Shown: positions 13,511-24,490 of the stretch, in pieces
Numbering within the stretch: position 1 is the first letter of the stretch
Layout of the letters: each line of letters begins with the position of its first letter
Source of the DNA: Vicugna vicugna
Lineage: Eukaryota
Assembly: GCA_013265495.1 (NCBI GenBank)
Contig: MU058645.1
Span: 1,158,995 to 1,222,994, forward strand
Direction of reading: 5' to 3'
DNA: 64,000 nt
Made by a program: the position numbers and the translations under genes
Notes under the pieces: model-generated
Seen by the model: only the letters and a program-made list of their open reading frames with translations
The model's database searches: none
Told to the model about the DNA's origin: nothing

Positions 13511-15970
13511 ACAATCTTCTGGTATTACTTTAATATGTCTTACACTCAACCACTTCTAAGAAGAAATGTTTTGTATTTTTTCTAGTTTTCTTCATATATA
13601 CATCTTTTCAAATACTCTGTAAAAGCACTGTGAGAGACCCTTTAAAATATTATGACACTGAGTTTCAAAAAGGTTTCAAATAAAAATTGCACATAAGTTT
13701 GCTTTTTACCAATGCCTTTTTATTCTCTTTAATTCAACAACTGTATGCATATAATGTTTACTTTTTCCTGTATTAAACTATTATATTAGCTTAGAAGCCA
13801 AGGATTCCGCCAATAATTTGTAACTGACAAGGCTATCATGCCCAGTCTTTAACAACTTCTCCTGCACTAAAGAAAGCCAAAAGCAAAGTGTTTAAGACAC
13901 ATTACTGCCTTTTCCACTGTTGATGTATAATCATTCAATTCTGAGGCCAAGCAGATTTTTCACTACTTTGAAAACTTTCTCCGCTCTGAACTTCACCACC
14001 CCTAGCACTCCCAAGGGTTTCAAGGCCAGCTCACATTCACTGTATGTCTCCTTCTACAAACATGCATGCTTGCACACACATGCGCTATCCTTATTACCCT
14101 GGCCATACAGGACCATTTCATGGTTTTATCTATATTTTGATGTTTTTCTGACACTTCAATACTCTTGAAAAACCTCCAAACTGACAAATTCTGCTTTATC
14201 ATAAGTAATGTGATAGAAATGTTATAGTAAATTGATTCATTTCACTAGCCTCAAAGTTTAGTTTAATAAAATAAATAGGCGAGAATCAATACACAAACAA
14301 AACTTTGTTTTGTTAGACTTGATAGGATTGCTGGGCTTTCAGACTAGAGTTTCCGCTTCAGGAAATTGAGGCAACGTTGCAAACATTAAGTACAGTCACT
14401 GACCTGTTAATTATAAGAATTCTGAATAAATCATTTATATTCTACAAGCTACCTGTTTGTTAAAAACTCTTGACAGATTCATTTTAAAATACTGTTAAAG
14501 CTAAAGCAGAAAAGTAAACCCCTTTTAAGAGGCTTAAGTTTCAATTAACTGAAAATTTCAGTTTATCAGTCTTCTAAATAATGGCACTACTTCAAATTAG
14601 CTTCAAGAAACACCTGTGTTTTTTTTAAAAACTGCTATTTGCGTTAAGTTACTGTAAAGGCCACATGTTTATACTCAGCTTTCCTCTACTTTAAAACCAT
14701 CAAATAGCCCTTCTTTATTCCGAACAAATGAAAGCAGCAGTTAGGAACAAAGAACCTTTCCTATCTACTGCGCTTTGCACAGAGTACAAGACCTATATAT
14801 CCACTAAATATTGACTTTTTGGTAACTGACTAGGGAAAAGTTAACCTACATAATTCCATAAACGCCAAAACTTTCCAAAGCCGAGATGAGCACTGATAGC
14901 TCTTCTCTGCTGTATATAGATAGATATACTTCATATACGGACTGGCTAGAAACTATTACTTAAATAAAGCAATTTTATCTTTGTAATTTTCATTCATACC
15001 AATGGTAGTAAAGCAAACTTAAGATTAGGCTCGGGAGCAAGTACCACATAAAATATTGTAAGATTTCTAAAAAATATCATTTTTAAGGGAAAAAAATACA
15101 TATACCTTTTTTCTAATTGCCCAAAACTATCAACAGTCATTATAAATATTTGTTTACTCCCACATTTTAGAGAAACTAAAAGTGAAAAAAGGATTTGAAG
15201 TGTGAAACTATTTATTAATTCAACAAACATCTGAGAGTGTACATGTGCCAGGCTGTGAGGTGGCCATCTTCAAAGAACAAATTCTAACAGGGAAGACAAA
15301 CACGAAAAGAGATAGTAATATTACGTTAAGTATGAGGTTAACTACATACAGGGTAGTACCTCGCACATACTGGGGTTATATTTATAGTCAAATTTTGTAA
15401 CACAGTCATACTGAAAAACTGTACTCACCCTGAAAAGTTTAATGCTATTTTTGCTTTCTGTTGAATGAAAATAAAGCTGTAAAAATCTTACCTGGACCAA
15501 ACAATCTAGCTATTTTGAGCCCCAAAACTGAAATGCCAATTATAGAAAGGTATAAGCATTTTCCAAAAGTTTTCATTAAGAGAAAAATACATTATTGCAT
15601 TTATAATTCATAATAAACTGTCAATGTCAAAAAAGGAGGGGTCAGAAGAAAATGAAGTCCTATCAGTGATGTAAATAAAAAATTGGTACATAATTCTAAT
15701 TATCACTTCTTGACATGGGTCCACATGATATCCCTTCCGCTTGCCCTAAAATAGACCCTTGCATATCATCACAATAGGTGACATATCAATAGCAGAAAAT
15801 TGCTTACTAGGCTCTTTAAAGTTATCAAAAACAAAACCTAACAATGGCATAGCATTTCCAACATCTCCCACAGAGTAAGGCAAGTTTTATTTATAACTGC
15901 ATCATTAAAAATCAAAGAAATTGTATTAACAACACTGAATTTCTCAAGCAAATTAAAATGTGGTTCCAGT

Positions 15971-16179
15971 TAACAGATACACACTACAATACATATAAGA
16001 AATTAAAACTAAGGACTTACTGTATAGCACAGTAACTATATATTCAGTATCTTGTAATAGCCTATAATGAAAAAGAATCTGAAAAAAGTGTGTGTATGTG
16101 TGTATATATATGCACATCTGAATCACTACTATCTACCTGAAACTAACACGATATTGTAAGTCAACCAAACCTCAATTAA
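15971..16179 (+). mobile_element. 5'-truncated L1 3' end with target-site duplication
   Basis: aaggacttactgtatagcacagtaactatatattcagtatcttgtaatagcctataatgaaaaagaatctg..., flanked by aaaatgtggttccagt (15955-15970) and aaaatgtggttctagt (16180-16195). Confidence 0.88.
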
Positions 16180-19100
16180 AAAATGTGGTTCTAGTCAGAT
16201 TATGAAAAGTTGCCCCTGTAATGATACTGGTGTAATTCACTTAATATCAAAAAAAAAAAAAGTCAAAAGAACAAAACAAAAACCTTACACTGGACTCAAA
16301 AAAACAGAGCATCTGAATCATAATCAATAAGAGAGGGGTACACTTCATGTCTTCTTTTGCTGAAATCTATCTCCCCTGAAAAGCAAACCAAAAACCATGT
16401 GTTCTTATGGAAAACTGATGCACTTCAAACAGCTTCAGGACAGTAACTAGTAGGGTGATAACAACAGAAACATAATGTGTACAAAGCGTTAAAAAAGTCA
16501 ACTTACTTTGTTTTCACCCGATATTCTCAAAGTCTTTTAAGAAAAGGTGCTCATACTAGCGAATACACTAGTGAATGCAATTAACAGAGACCTATTTCTG
16601 TCAAATCAGTTGTTATATCCTAGGGAGTACAACTTTTACTACAAAACATGTAAACTAGGTAAAGTTAAAAAAAAAAAAGGAATCACCCACATCATAGTAT
16701 ACACGTGTATTCTGAATACATATTCTGCCTATAGGAGTTAAGCTTCAAAAGTATAAAATAAATGTTGAATAAATGACCTGTTATACAAATTATTGTTTCT
16801 ATGATACCTTATATACTTATATAGCTGGTGACACCTCCTGGGTGAGGAGAAAAAAGGATAATCGAAAGAACAACTGAATACAAATACTGGCTTCCTTCTT
16901 ATTACTAATAATTCAAAAGAACTGCATACAAAAGCACAATCTTTGCTCCCAAAGAACAACTTAATTATTTCAACTTAAGAAAAGTCTTTTGTTGCAAATA
17001 TTACTATCAACAATGCTTCTTCAGGGAGAAAAAAAAAAAAACCCTAAATCTAAGAAACTTATATAGCAAGAGGCCTCGAAACACCAACAAATAACCCTAT
17101 AATTTTTAAATGGAGTGAGGTTTCTCAAAAGAAAAAAATGAAGTGTAGAAATACTGAGGATATGATACATTCAATAATAAATGCAAATAAACATTAATGT
17201 GGGAAAATGTTAATTAGTAAAGCAACTTTTAATTTAAAATATTTTTTGCCCTCATTTTTAAGGGAGAAGGAGCAGAGTGAAAAAACAAATTGAGGTCAAA
17301 AAGAAAATTTTCACGCCCCGCCCCACAAAAAAGATCATGCAAAAATAAAAACAAATTTTTCAAATCAGTAATGCAGAATGTAACCTTTGCTAACTTTTTC
17401 TGAGCCACGTACTAATTTTCCAGTTATTCACAATAAAAAGATTTAGGCTAGCTTTCCTTCTAAACCATACTACACATGTTAATTTTCATATCTACCTAAA
17501 AAATGGGAACTTAAAATCTACTTTGAAACCCCTAGATCTCCATTTCCCCCTGTTTGGGATTTTTAAGTCAAACTGATCTTATTTTTAAGCTTTCTCAATT
17601 CTAAACTATAATATTTATTAAAACAGAATTTGCATTCAAATACTGTTCCTGCTTAAGTTTTATTTTCACGACAAAGAAACGTTTCAAAAAACAAACAAGC
17701 CTCCTTGTAGTAACTATTCTTTCCCAGGGATGGTCCCAAGGGTTCAATGGAAAATTTCTCTCTAGGAGAGCAGCTTAAGACTTTATAACCTCGGATTTAT
17801 CTGTAATGGTCTCTATCATCAATGAAAAGTTCTCAAGTATCAGAATTATCACCTGAAGGTATGCCCCTATGACTGGTCCAACCAAGAATGCATTCACAAC
17901 CTAAAAAAACAACCACGTTGAAGATACTTGAAAAAAAGGCTGACAACCCTTCCCCCACCTCCCCAAAAAACAAAAAAGATTGTGCATACATAGTCCATAT
18001 CAAAACACAGACTAAAGATTAACTTGGCATAAAATTAAAATGCTCAGTCTAAAGCATTAAGTTTCAATCGACCAAAAAAAAATCTAGCACACAGAAATCC
18101 TAAATTTGTAACCAGCCAAATAAGCTCTCAAACTGACCAGCAAAAATTTCTAAAAGCATTCTTTTTTAAAATATTTTAAAATAGAATTACTACTCATTCA
18201 AAACTTCTAAATATCAGAAAATAAATCTACTGTAACCAAGTCCAGTATCTTAACTTTATTAACCACTAAAGAAAATTTTAGTTTTATCTAAATTTATAAA
18301 GTATCTTCCAGCTAATCACACGTACAAAGGAAACTAATTCCTAACCACAAACACAAGTCATGATAATTTTGTTTTGGACAATGAAGGGTCACAAAGAGGT
18401 ATAGCACAACTTGTCAAATTTCAGAATTAAATCACCCAGCACAAAAAAAGTGAGGCACTCCAGAAACCAATATTTTTCTTAAGTCAAATTAAGTTTATAA
18501 TAAGGCTAACAATTACAGGAAGCAGCTTATTCCACACTAAGGAATAGCCCCTTTTCCTGCATCTTTGTACTGGTCTGATAAAAAAAACAATTAACTTCCT
18601 AGTCATTATGCTGTCCATTTTAAACATCCTAGCTACCATACAGAAGCAATCTGTATACTAGGGAGTTAAAAAGGCTGAAACTGAAGATACACTAACACAA
18701 GAGATGGAGTAAGCCATATTAAAATGAAAAAAATACGTTATTTAGAATATACCATCCTCAACTAGTGGTCTCCAACATTTGAAACTCAAAACGATAAGTA
18801 ATCCCAGGGAGAAACAAACCTTTGTTAGAAATATTGACATAACTGGAATTCTAGATTTAGAAGATTAAAAATGATCGAGCCAAACGTTAGGAACTTCTTA
18901 AAAGAGAACTCCAAATTACCATTTAACAGAGAACACACTCCAAATTATCATTCAGAGATTTTAGATCAACATAGAAGCACAAATGAGAAGCCTTTTAGAA
19001 CTAATCAGAGAAACTCAAATTATTTACTTCAAATAGTACAAATGAGGTGAAAGTATGTCCAAACTTTTTTAATAGTCTCCTACGCTATCTGATTGATTTC

Positions 19101-21025
19101 AACACTTTAATACAAAGAATGCAATTTAACTTTAACCCTAATATTGTCAAAGCCTCTTTTCATTTTTGTGACTATAAACGATTCCTCCTACACAACTGTG
19201 CTTAAAAAAGAAAAGACCTTAACAAAAATTCTTACCAATACTACCAAAACTTTAACTTTACAAAAATATGCCAAGGAGAAAATTCTGCAACATGATATAA
19301 TTGTTTCAGTAATTATAAAACAAACAAACAAACAATTTTCAAAGTTTGTAAATACATATACGAACACAAAATAACAAAGGAAATGACGTATAATTTAAGT
19401 TTCAACTAAATTTAACATAGATCAGGTTATTGAGTATGTTACACATTTTACGCCAAACATTTCTCCTGTTAAAAAAAAAATAACTGGCGCCCCTTAGCGC
19501 TCACATTTGGAAATACTCGATTTAAGAGTTCCAGCGATTTTTTTTTTTTTTGACATTCCAGAAAGTTTTCTGCCTCCACAATCTTTCAAATGCCAACACA
19601 AATAGGAAAAGCAGAACCCCTTAAAGGGACAGCTCAAATTTTCTCCGGAACAATTTGAAATTAACAAGACTTGCTGCTTCAACTGTGGAAAAATATCCAT
19701 TTCAATATGGGCTACCGCTATATGTTTAACTTATGCGCGCAAAAACGAGTACGCAGTAATATCGAACAGTTTCATACTTTTAAAATTGTTTCTATGACTT
19801 TCATGACAACAAAAGCTCCTGGGATTCTTCTTTAACCATCTTTTACCACGGAGACATTTCCGGTCTTTTGTTCTTTCGTGACATTCCAACTCCCTAACCT
19901 TCAGATTCCTTTCCTCCAGATCTATTGAAAAATCTCTCAAAATTCTTGTGAAAAAATCTAAAATCCATTGTTCATCGCCATAAAATTAAGTTTTCAGTTT
20001 TCTTTCTTAACAGTCCTCCAGTGATGCTTCCAAAACAGAAAAAAGAAACTCCCTGCTACTCGATTTTCAAAATACACTTTTTTGTTCATATTTTTTCCCC
20101 AGGCGTCCACAGATAATGCACAGCTACCAGAAACGAATACTCCAAGTCACTGCTTCAAGACCTTGTTACAGTAATTCCAGAGTTGGCCAAAATTAATCTT
20201 GTCATTCTTCGCTCCCCGCGGCTTTTTTTTATTTTTTATTTTTTGCAAACTTTCACCCGTTTTTATTTTCGCCCTTCCACACGTCTTGATTTGCTGTCCT
20301 ACAAACTAAGGCAGCGGCGTCCTCGGGAGAAAGCTCTCCGCCGAAGTTCTCTCAAACTCGGGATTACGTCTACAGCCGTCCTCGCGGTATTTCGTGTTCA
20401 CCACCCCCCCCCCCCGCCCAGTGAAGAAAACAGTTCTCTCTTCCCCAAACAAAAGGACAAAAAGTGCTTTCCGCTGTCATTTTGTCCTCGCCTTTGGCTA
20501 AATCAGCATTACTTTCGGTCCGCTGTGGAGTTCCTTTCAATTAACAAGCCCCACGCTACTCCCCTCGAGTATTTACAAGCTACACAAACTCCAAAAAAGC
20601 AAAAGCCCCACTGGACCCTCCTCTTCGGGAACCACCGGCGTCCTCCGGGAGGCCCCTCCAGAGCGGCCCCACGGCCGGTGTCCTTCAGGCGCCCGCGGGG
20701 CGCGGGGCGAGCGAGGACGGGCTGCTCCCTCCGAGGCCCGCGAAGCTCCGGGCCGTCGCGGTGCCCGCAGACGCGGCGGGGAGCCGGGGCCGCGGGAGGG
20801 GTGGCCCTGCAGCCGCCCCCCGCTCACGAACTCTGGCGCCCGCCGCGCGGGGCCCGGGCCCGGGGCCCGGAGTCCGGGGGGCAGCGTCAGCCTGTCCGTC
20901 CCCGGGCGCACGGTCCCCGCCGGCCGCGACCTGCCTGCCCTCCCCACACTCCGGCGGGCGTCGGGTCCCGGTAAGAGGGGCCGCCGCCCGGGCGCGGGCC
21001 GCGAGGGGCCGGCGAGGCGACTCAC

Positions 21026-21167
21026 CTTCGTCCAGCAGCCGCTCGAGGTGGTTGAAGATCCCGCAGAAGTTGGGCAGGCTGCTCATGAGCTTCTTATCGT
21101 TCATCAGCTGCATCAGGTAATCTGGGGTGGGCTTCGGCTTCTCCTTCGTTTCCATTTCCCCGACCAT
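21026..21167 (-). CDS. QKI: QKI (Quaking) coding exon 1, N-terminal QUA1 dimerisation region; partial CDS, remaining exons lie beyond position 1
   Basis: Translates to [47 protein letters not shown], the recognisable QKI N-terminus. ATG is in strong Kozak context (AATATGG). The exon has 142 coding nt (phase 1) and ends at the canonical donor GAAG|GTGAGT (21025-21020). Confidence 0.98.
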
Positions 21168-21193
21168 ATTCCAGGCTCCGCAGCTCACTCCGC

Positions 21194-21214
21194 CCGCCGC
21201 CGCCGCCGCCGCCG
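21194..21214 (-). repeat. (CGG)7 trinucleotide repeat in QKI 5' UTR
   Basis: (CCG)7 on the + strand, ending 27 nt upstream of the ATG. Confidence 0.9.
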
Positions 21215-21260
21215 GAGAGCAGAGAGGGGCGGGGCGCCCCGGCCGCCGGCCGCTCGGGAC

Positions 21261-21514
21261 NNNNNNNNNNNNNNNNNNNNNNNNNNNNNNNNNNNNNNNN
21301 NNNNNNNNNNNNNNNNNNNNNNNNNNNNNNNNNNNNNNNNNNNNNNNNNNNNNNNNNNNNNNNNNNNNNNNNNNNNNNNNNNNNNNNNNNNNNNNNNNNN
21401 NNNNNNNNNNNNNNNNNNNNNNNNNNNNNNNNNNNNNNNNNNNNNNNNNNNNNNNNNNNNNNNNNNNNNNNNNNNNNNNNNNNNNNNNNNNNNNNNNNNN
21501 NNNNNNNNNNNNNN
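21261..21514. other. Assembly gap (254 N) inside the GC-rich 5' UTR
   Basis: Run of N. Confidence 1.
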
Positions 21515-22299
21515 CGGGGGCGGGCGGCGGGCGGGGCCGCGCAGGGCGGCCGGGAGCGGGGCCCGGCCGGCGCGCTCCTCCTCCCGCCGCCCTCCGCAGC
21601 CCCCGGCCCAGGCGCCGCCGCCGCGCCGTCTCCCTCCGGCGGGGTGGGCGGCGTGACAGAAGCCGCGCGCGGCGAGCCCGGCCTGGGCGCCGGACTGGGG
21701 TCGCCGCTCCGGGCAAGCGAGAGCGGAGGGAGGGGCCGGTGTGGGGCCGCGGGGCCGACGGACGTGGGAGGGCGCCGGGTGGCGGTGCTTTCGACTGGGG
21801 CGGGGGCGCGGGGCGCGCCGCCTCCCGCTCCCCGCTGCCGTGCCGGCTCGTCTGGCGGGCGCGGTCGGGCTGTGGCGGTGGGTGAGAGGGATTTCCAGCG
21901 GGACGAGCTGCGGCGCGTCAGGGCTGTGCTCGCCGCCGCACAGCCGATCCTCTCCTCCGTTACTATAGATTTTTAAAAGCCTCTCAACCACCCTCCCCGC
22001 CACCCCCCAAAACAATTTTTTTTAACGTCCTGTTGCTTCAAGGGGGACTTTCGGGGTGGGCGTCACGTGGCCCGACACGTAGCCGTAAGGTCCGAGAGCG
22101 CGTGCGTGCGTCGAGGCCGGCGGCCACGCCCCTTCCGAGGGTCGCTCCGCCCCCGCCCTAGCCCTGCGAGCAAAGGGGGAGGGGAGGGGCCGGCCGCGCG
22201 CCTGCGTGAGGCGGGGCCGGGGAGGGGGCGCGCCTGAGGGAGGGGGAGGGGCGGGCCGAGCGTGGGGGTCCGGGAGTGAAGACCCCCGCCCGGGATGGC

Positions 22300-23300
22300 G
22301 GGGCCGTCGGACCGGGGTGGCAGGGGTGGGGCCCGGAAGCAGTGGGGCTGCGCTCCCGGCCCCGTTTGGTATCGTTTGTGCGGCCCTGGATCCTCCTACG
22401 CAGGACGTGTGCACGGTGGGCTCCGACTGCCTTTGAGTCGGTGGTGGGACCGCACGACGGCCCTCGGTGCCGCCGCGGTCTACCCGGGCCTCGAGAGCCA
22501 GCGGCGAGAAGGAGCCAGAGGAGCGGCGGGTCCTGCGTGGGCGCCCCTTGCCGCCCCGACGGCGTCGCGGTGGCCCTGCTTAGCGGCGGACGCGCTCCAG
22601 GGCCGCGGGCCGCTCTTCCGAGAGCCGCTGCAGTGAGGAGCCAGCACCGGCTGGACCAAGTCAGCAGCGGAGAGCGAACCGTGTTTGCGATGTAGCGCTT
22701 CGTGACAGCGTCAGCAACCAGTAGTAAAATGCAATCGCAATTAAGAGACGAAACAAAGAGCGCGTACCTATTTAGAAAAGCGAAAGCAACGCTTACGTTT
22801 TCAAACTTGCAGAAATAATCATACAGTGGGCAAGAGGCTTTTCATGCAGTATGATAGATTTCAAATATTTAGGTTTGAGAATCTTTTAAACTGCAACAGT
22901 GCAGTTCTCTTTGGCTTATGGAATGTTGTTAGTCTCTAAATCTGCATCTGCATTTTATTGCAAGCCTTTTCTGACATGTTCAATTGTCAGTAATGTAGAC
23001 AGAGTTACTTAATATCAAACTGACCATTGTAAGAATTACAGGTGACTGAAATATCTGTTAATCATGTCTACAGTGTTTTAACTGTAAGAGTTTAGTGGGG
23101 TTTACTTTGGTTTGGGGGTTTTTGTTTTCCTTTTTGTTTTTGGCAAAAACACTTCTAAGTTTGAGTTGTACTGAAACTACTGAATGATTTTCAGATACTC
23201 TTTGAGTGGCAAGTAGCTTCTGGCCTGTTCACTTAGCACAGTGAGTGTGTTTTTAACGTTAAGCTATTCTGATAGAGGAAATGGAATTGCCTTGCTAGAC
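22300..23300 (+). ncRNA. Possible orthologue of the divergent lncRNA CAHM (position inferred from human synteny)
   Basis: In human, CAHM is transcribed head-to-head from the QKI CpG island. Only the position and promoter architecture support this here; no sequence comparison was possible. Confidence 0.3.
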
Positions 23301-23599
23301 AAAGTTAAAAACATTTAACTCTCAAATATTTTAAGTTCACCAACATCCATCACTGTTAATAGAGCTATAGAATATTTACCTACTTAATTGTTTATTAAAG
23401 GATGAATTTTATAAATGCAGGAAATAGTGATTTGATCAAAAAGCTGCTGTCTCTTCAAAAACTAAAGTCTGCTTCCTCACTACCTACCAAAACGATAGTA
23501 GTTTCAAAGGGTTTTGGTGCTAAGTTATTCATTTCATTCTCTTGTGTAAAATGTGCAATTTCCCTTCTTAATCGGTTCACTTACTTTTTAAGCTCCTAG

Positions 23600-23790
23600 A
23601 CCAGGTGCCAGATGCTTTACGTACATGTCTCAATCTTTAGTTCAACCTTGTGGCTTAGGTTATGCTGTCCCCATTTAACATAAGGGGAACCCAAGGAGAA
23701 GGGAGTTCACTCACTTGCCCAAGACTATATAGCTCATTCGTCCTGGGTCTGGGATTCAAATCCACTTATATTTTATTCTAAAGTCCATGT
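23600..23790 (-). mobile_element. MIR SINE
   Basis: tccccatttaacataaggggaaccc...cacttgcccaagactatatagct...gggattcaaatcc. Confidence 0.7.
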
Positions 23791-24089
23791 CCTGTGCCCC
23801 TTTACTAGCTCTAGTCAATAAGGTTGAAACTTTTGATGATGTTCCACCATTTTTGACCCATAGAAAGTGATTTCACCGGTTCTTACAATCTAGGTGAAGC
23901 AGATAGGGGCTAAAGAAGAATTATAGGCAGTGTTCATTTCCCACGTAGTAAATCCCTTATGGTTACCGCATTTGATAGTAGCTATTATGTTTTGCCTTTC
24001 AGATACACATAGATCACTTCTCTGCTCGCAATTCTTCAGTGGTTCTGCCCCCCCCCCCCCCACAGCCTCCTGCTGCCTTGATGACCTCA

Positions 24090-24490
24090 CGCTGAGCTTA
24101 GCCCCCAGAATCCCTCCTGATCCTTAAACAGGCCAAGCTTGCTTTCTGCTCGAGGACTTTGCACTTGGTGTTTCCTCTCCTTGCAGAATTTTGCCGCTCC
24201 CACTCTTTCTCAGGTCTTATCACAGAAGGCTTCCCTAACCACCCTGTGTAAAATAGCCTATGCTTGTCCATACACACACGCACAACTTCCATATTCTATC
24301 TGCTTACCGTCCGCCTTTTAGTTCTATTCATCGCATTTACTTCCACCTGACCTGTTCTATCTGTGGGTAAGTTTGTCTTTCCTCTCCTCCTACACTGTAA
24401 GCTCCATGAGAGCAAGGAGTTTATTTTGTTCTATTTGGAATTTCCAACACCTAAAAGAGTGCATGCTGCATGTAGGCACATTAAAAATAG
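24090..24490 (+). mobile_element. L2 LINE 3' end
   Basis: aggactttgcacttggtgtttcctct...cttccctaaccaccct...actgtaagctccatgagagcaagga...tgtaggcaca. Confidence 0.75.

Larger units (their letters stand above)
1..21025 (-). other. QKI: QKI intron 1 (5' part; continues beyond window start)
   Basis: Begins at the GTGAGT donor. No QKI exon 2 peptide (EISRVRK...) was seen. AT-rich and T/G-rich on the transcribed strand. Confidence 0.92.
21168..21700 (-). other. QKI: QKI 5' UTR (GC-rich; TSS position approximate, partly in gap)
   Basis: Contiguous GC-rich sequence upstream of the ATG. The upstream boundary is inferred, not visible. Confidence 0.6.
20300..22800. promoter_or_regulatory. CpG island / QKI promoter (probably bidirectional)
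   Basis: Very high GC and CpG density. Motifs: E-box GTCACGTGG 22062-22070, SP/KLF box GCCACGCCCC 22123-22132, further GC boxes ~22145-22158 and ~22248-22255, ETS-like CCGGAAG ~22333. Confidence 0.93.

Noticed and set aside
18903..19025. Imperfect direct repeats (actccaaatta..catt); similar ones at ~1292-1324 and ~3791-3825
   Set aside because: Short local slippage duplications. They have no regular spacer structure and are not CRISPR-like.
1..21000. General enrichment of QKI motifs (ACTAAY) across intron 1
   Set aside because: Isolated sense-strand hits (e.g. ~1886, 3616, 7883) look compatible with chance in AT-rich DNA. Only bipartite, context-supported ones are reported.
20685..21716. 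343-aa minus-strand ORF as a full protein
   Set aside because: Only 21167-21026 is QKI coding sequence. The rest is UTR, N gap and read-through past the GTGAGT donor into the intron.
21887..22053. NF-kB-like sites (AGGGATTTCC, GGGACTTTCG)
   Set aside because: Neither fully matches GGGRNNYYCC, and near-matches are expected in GC-rich DNA.
20183..22695. Many overlapping long ORFs (76-276 aa) on both strands
   Set aside because: Pro/Arg/Gly/Ala-rich artefacts of stop-codon scarcity in a CpG island. Several span the gap or start at non-ATG codons, and none has a recognisable domain.
24048..24061. C14 homopolymer
   Set aside because: Simple mononucleotide run near an L2 remnant with no supporting context; its length may be a sequencing artefact.
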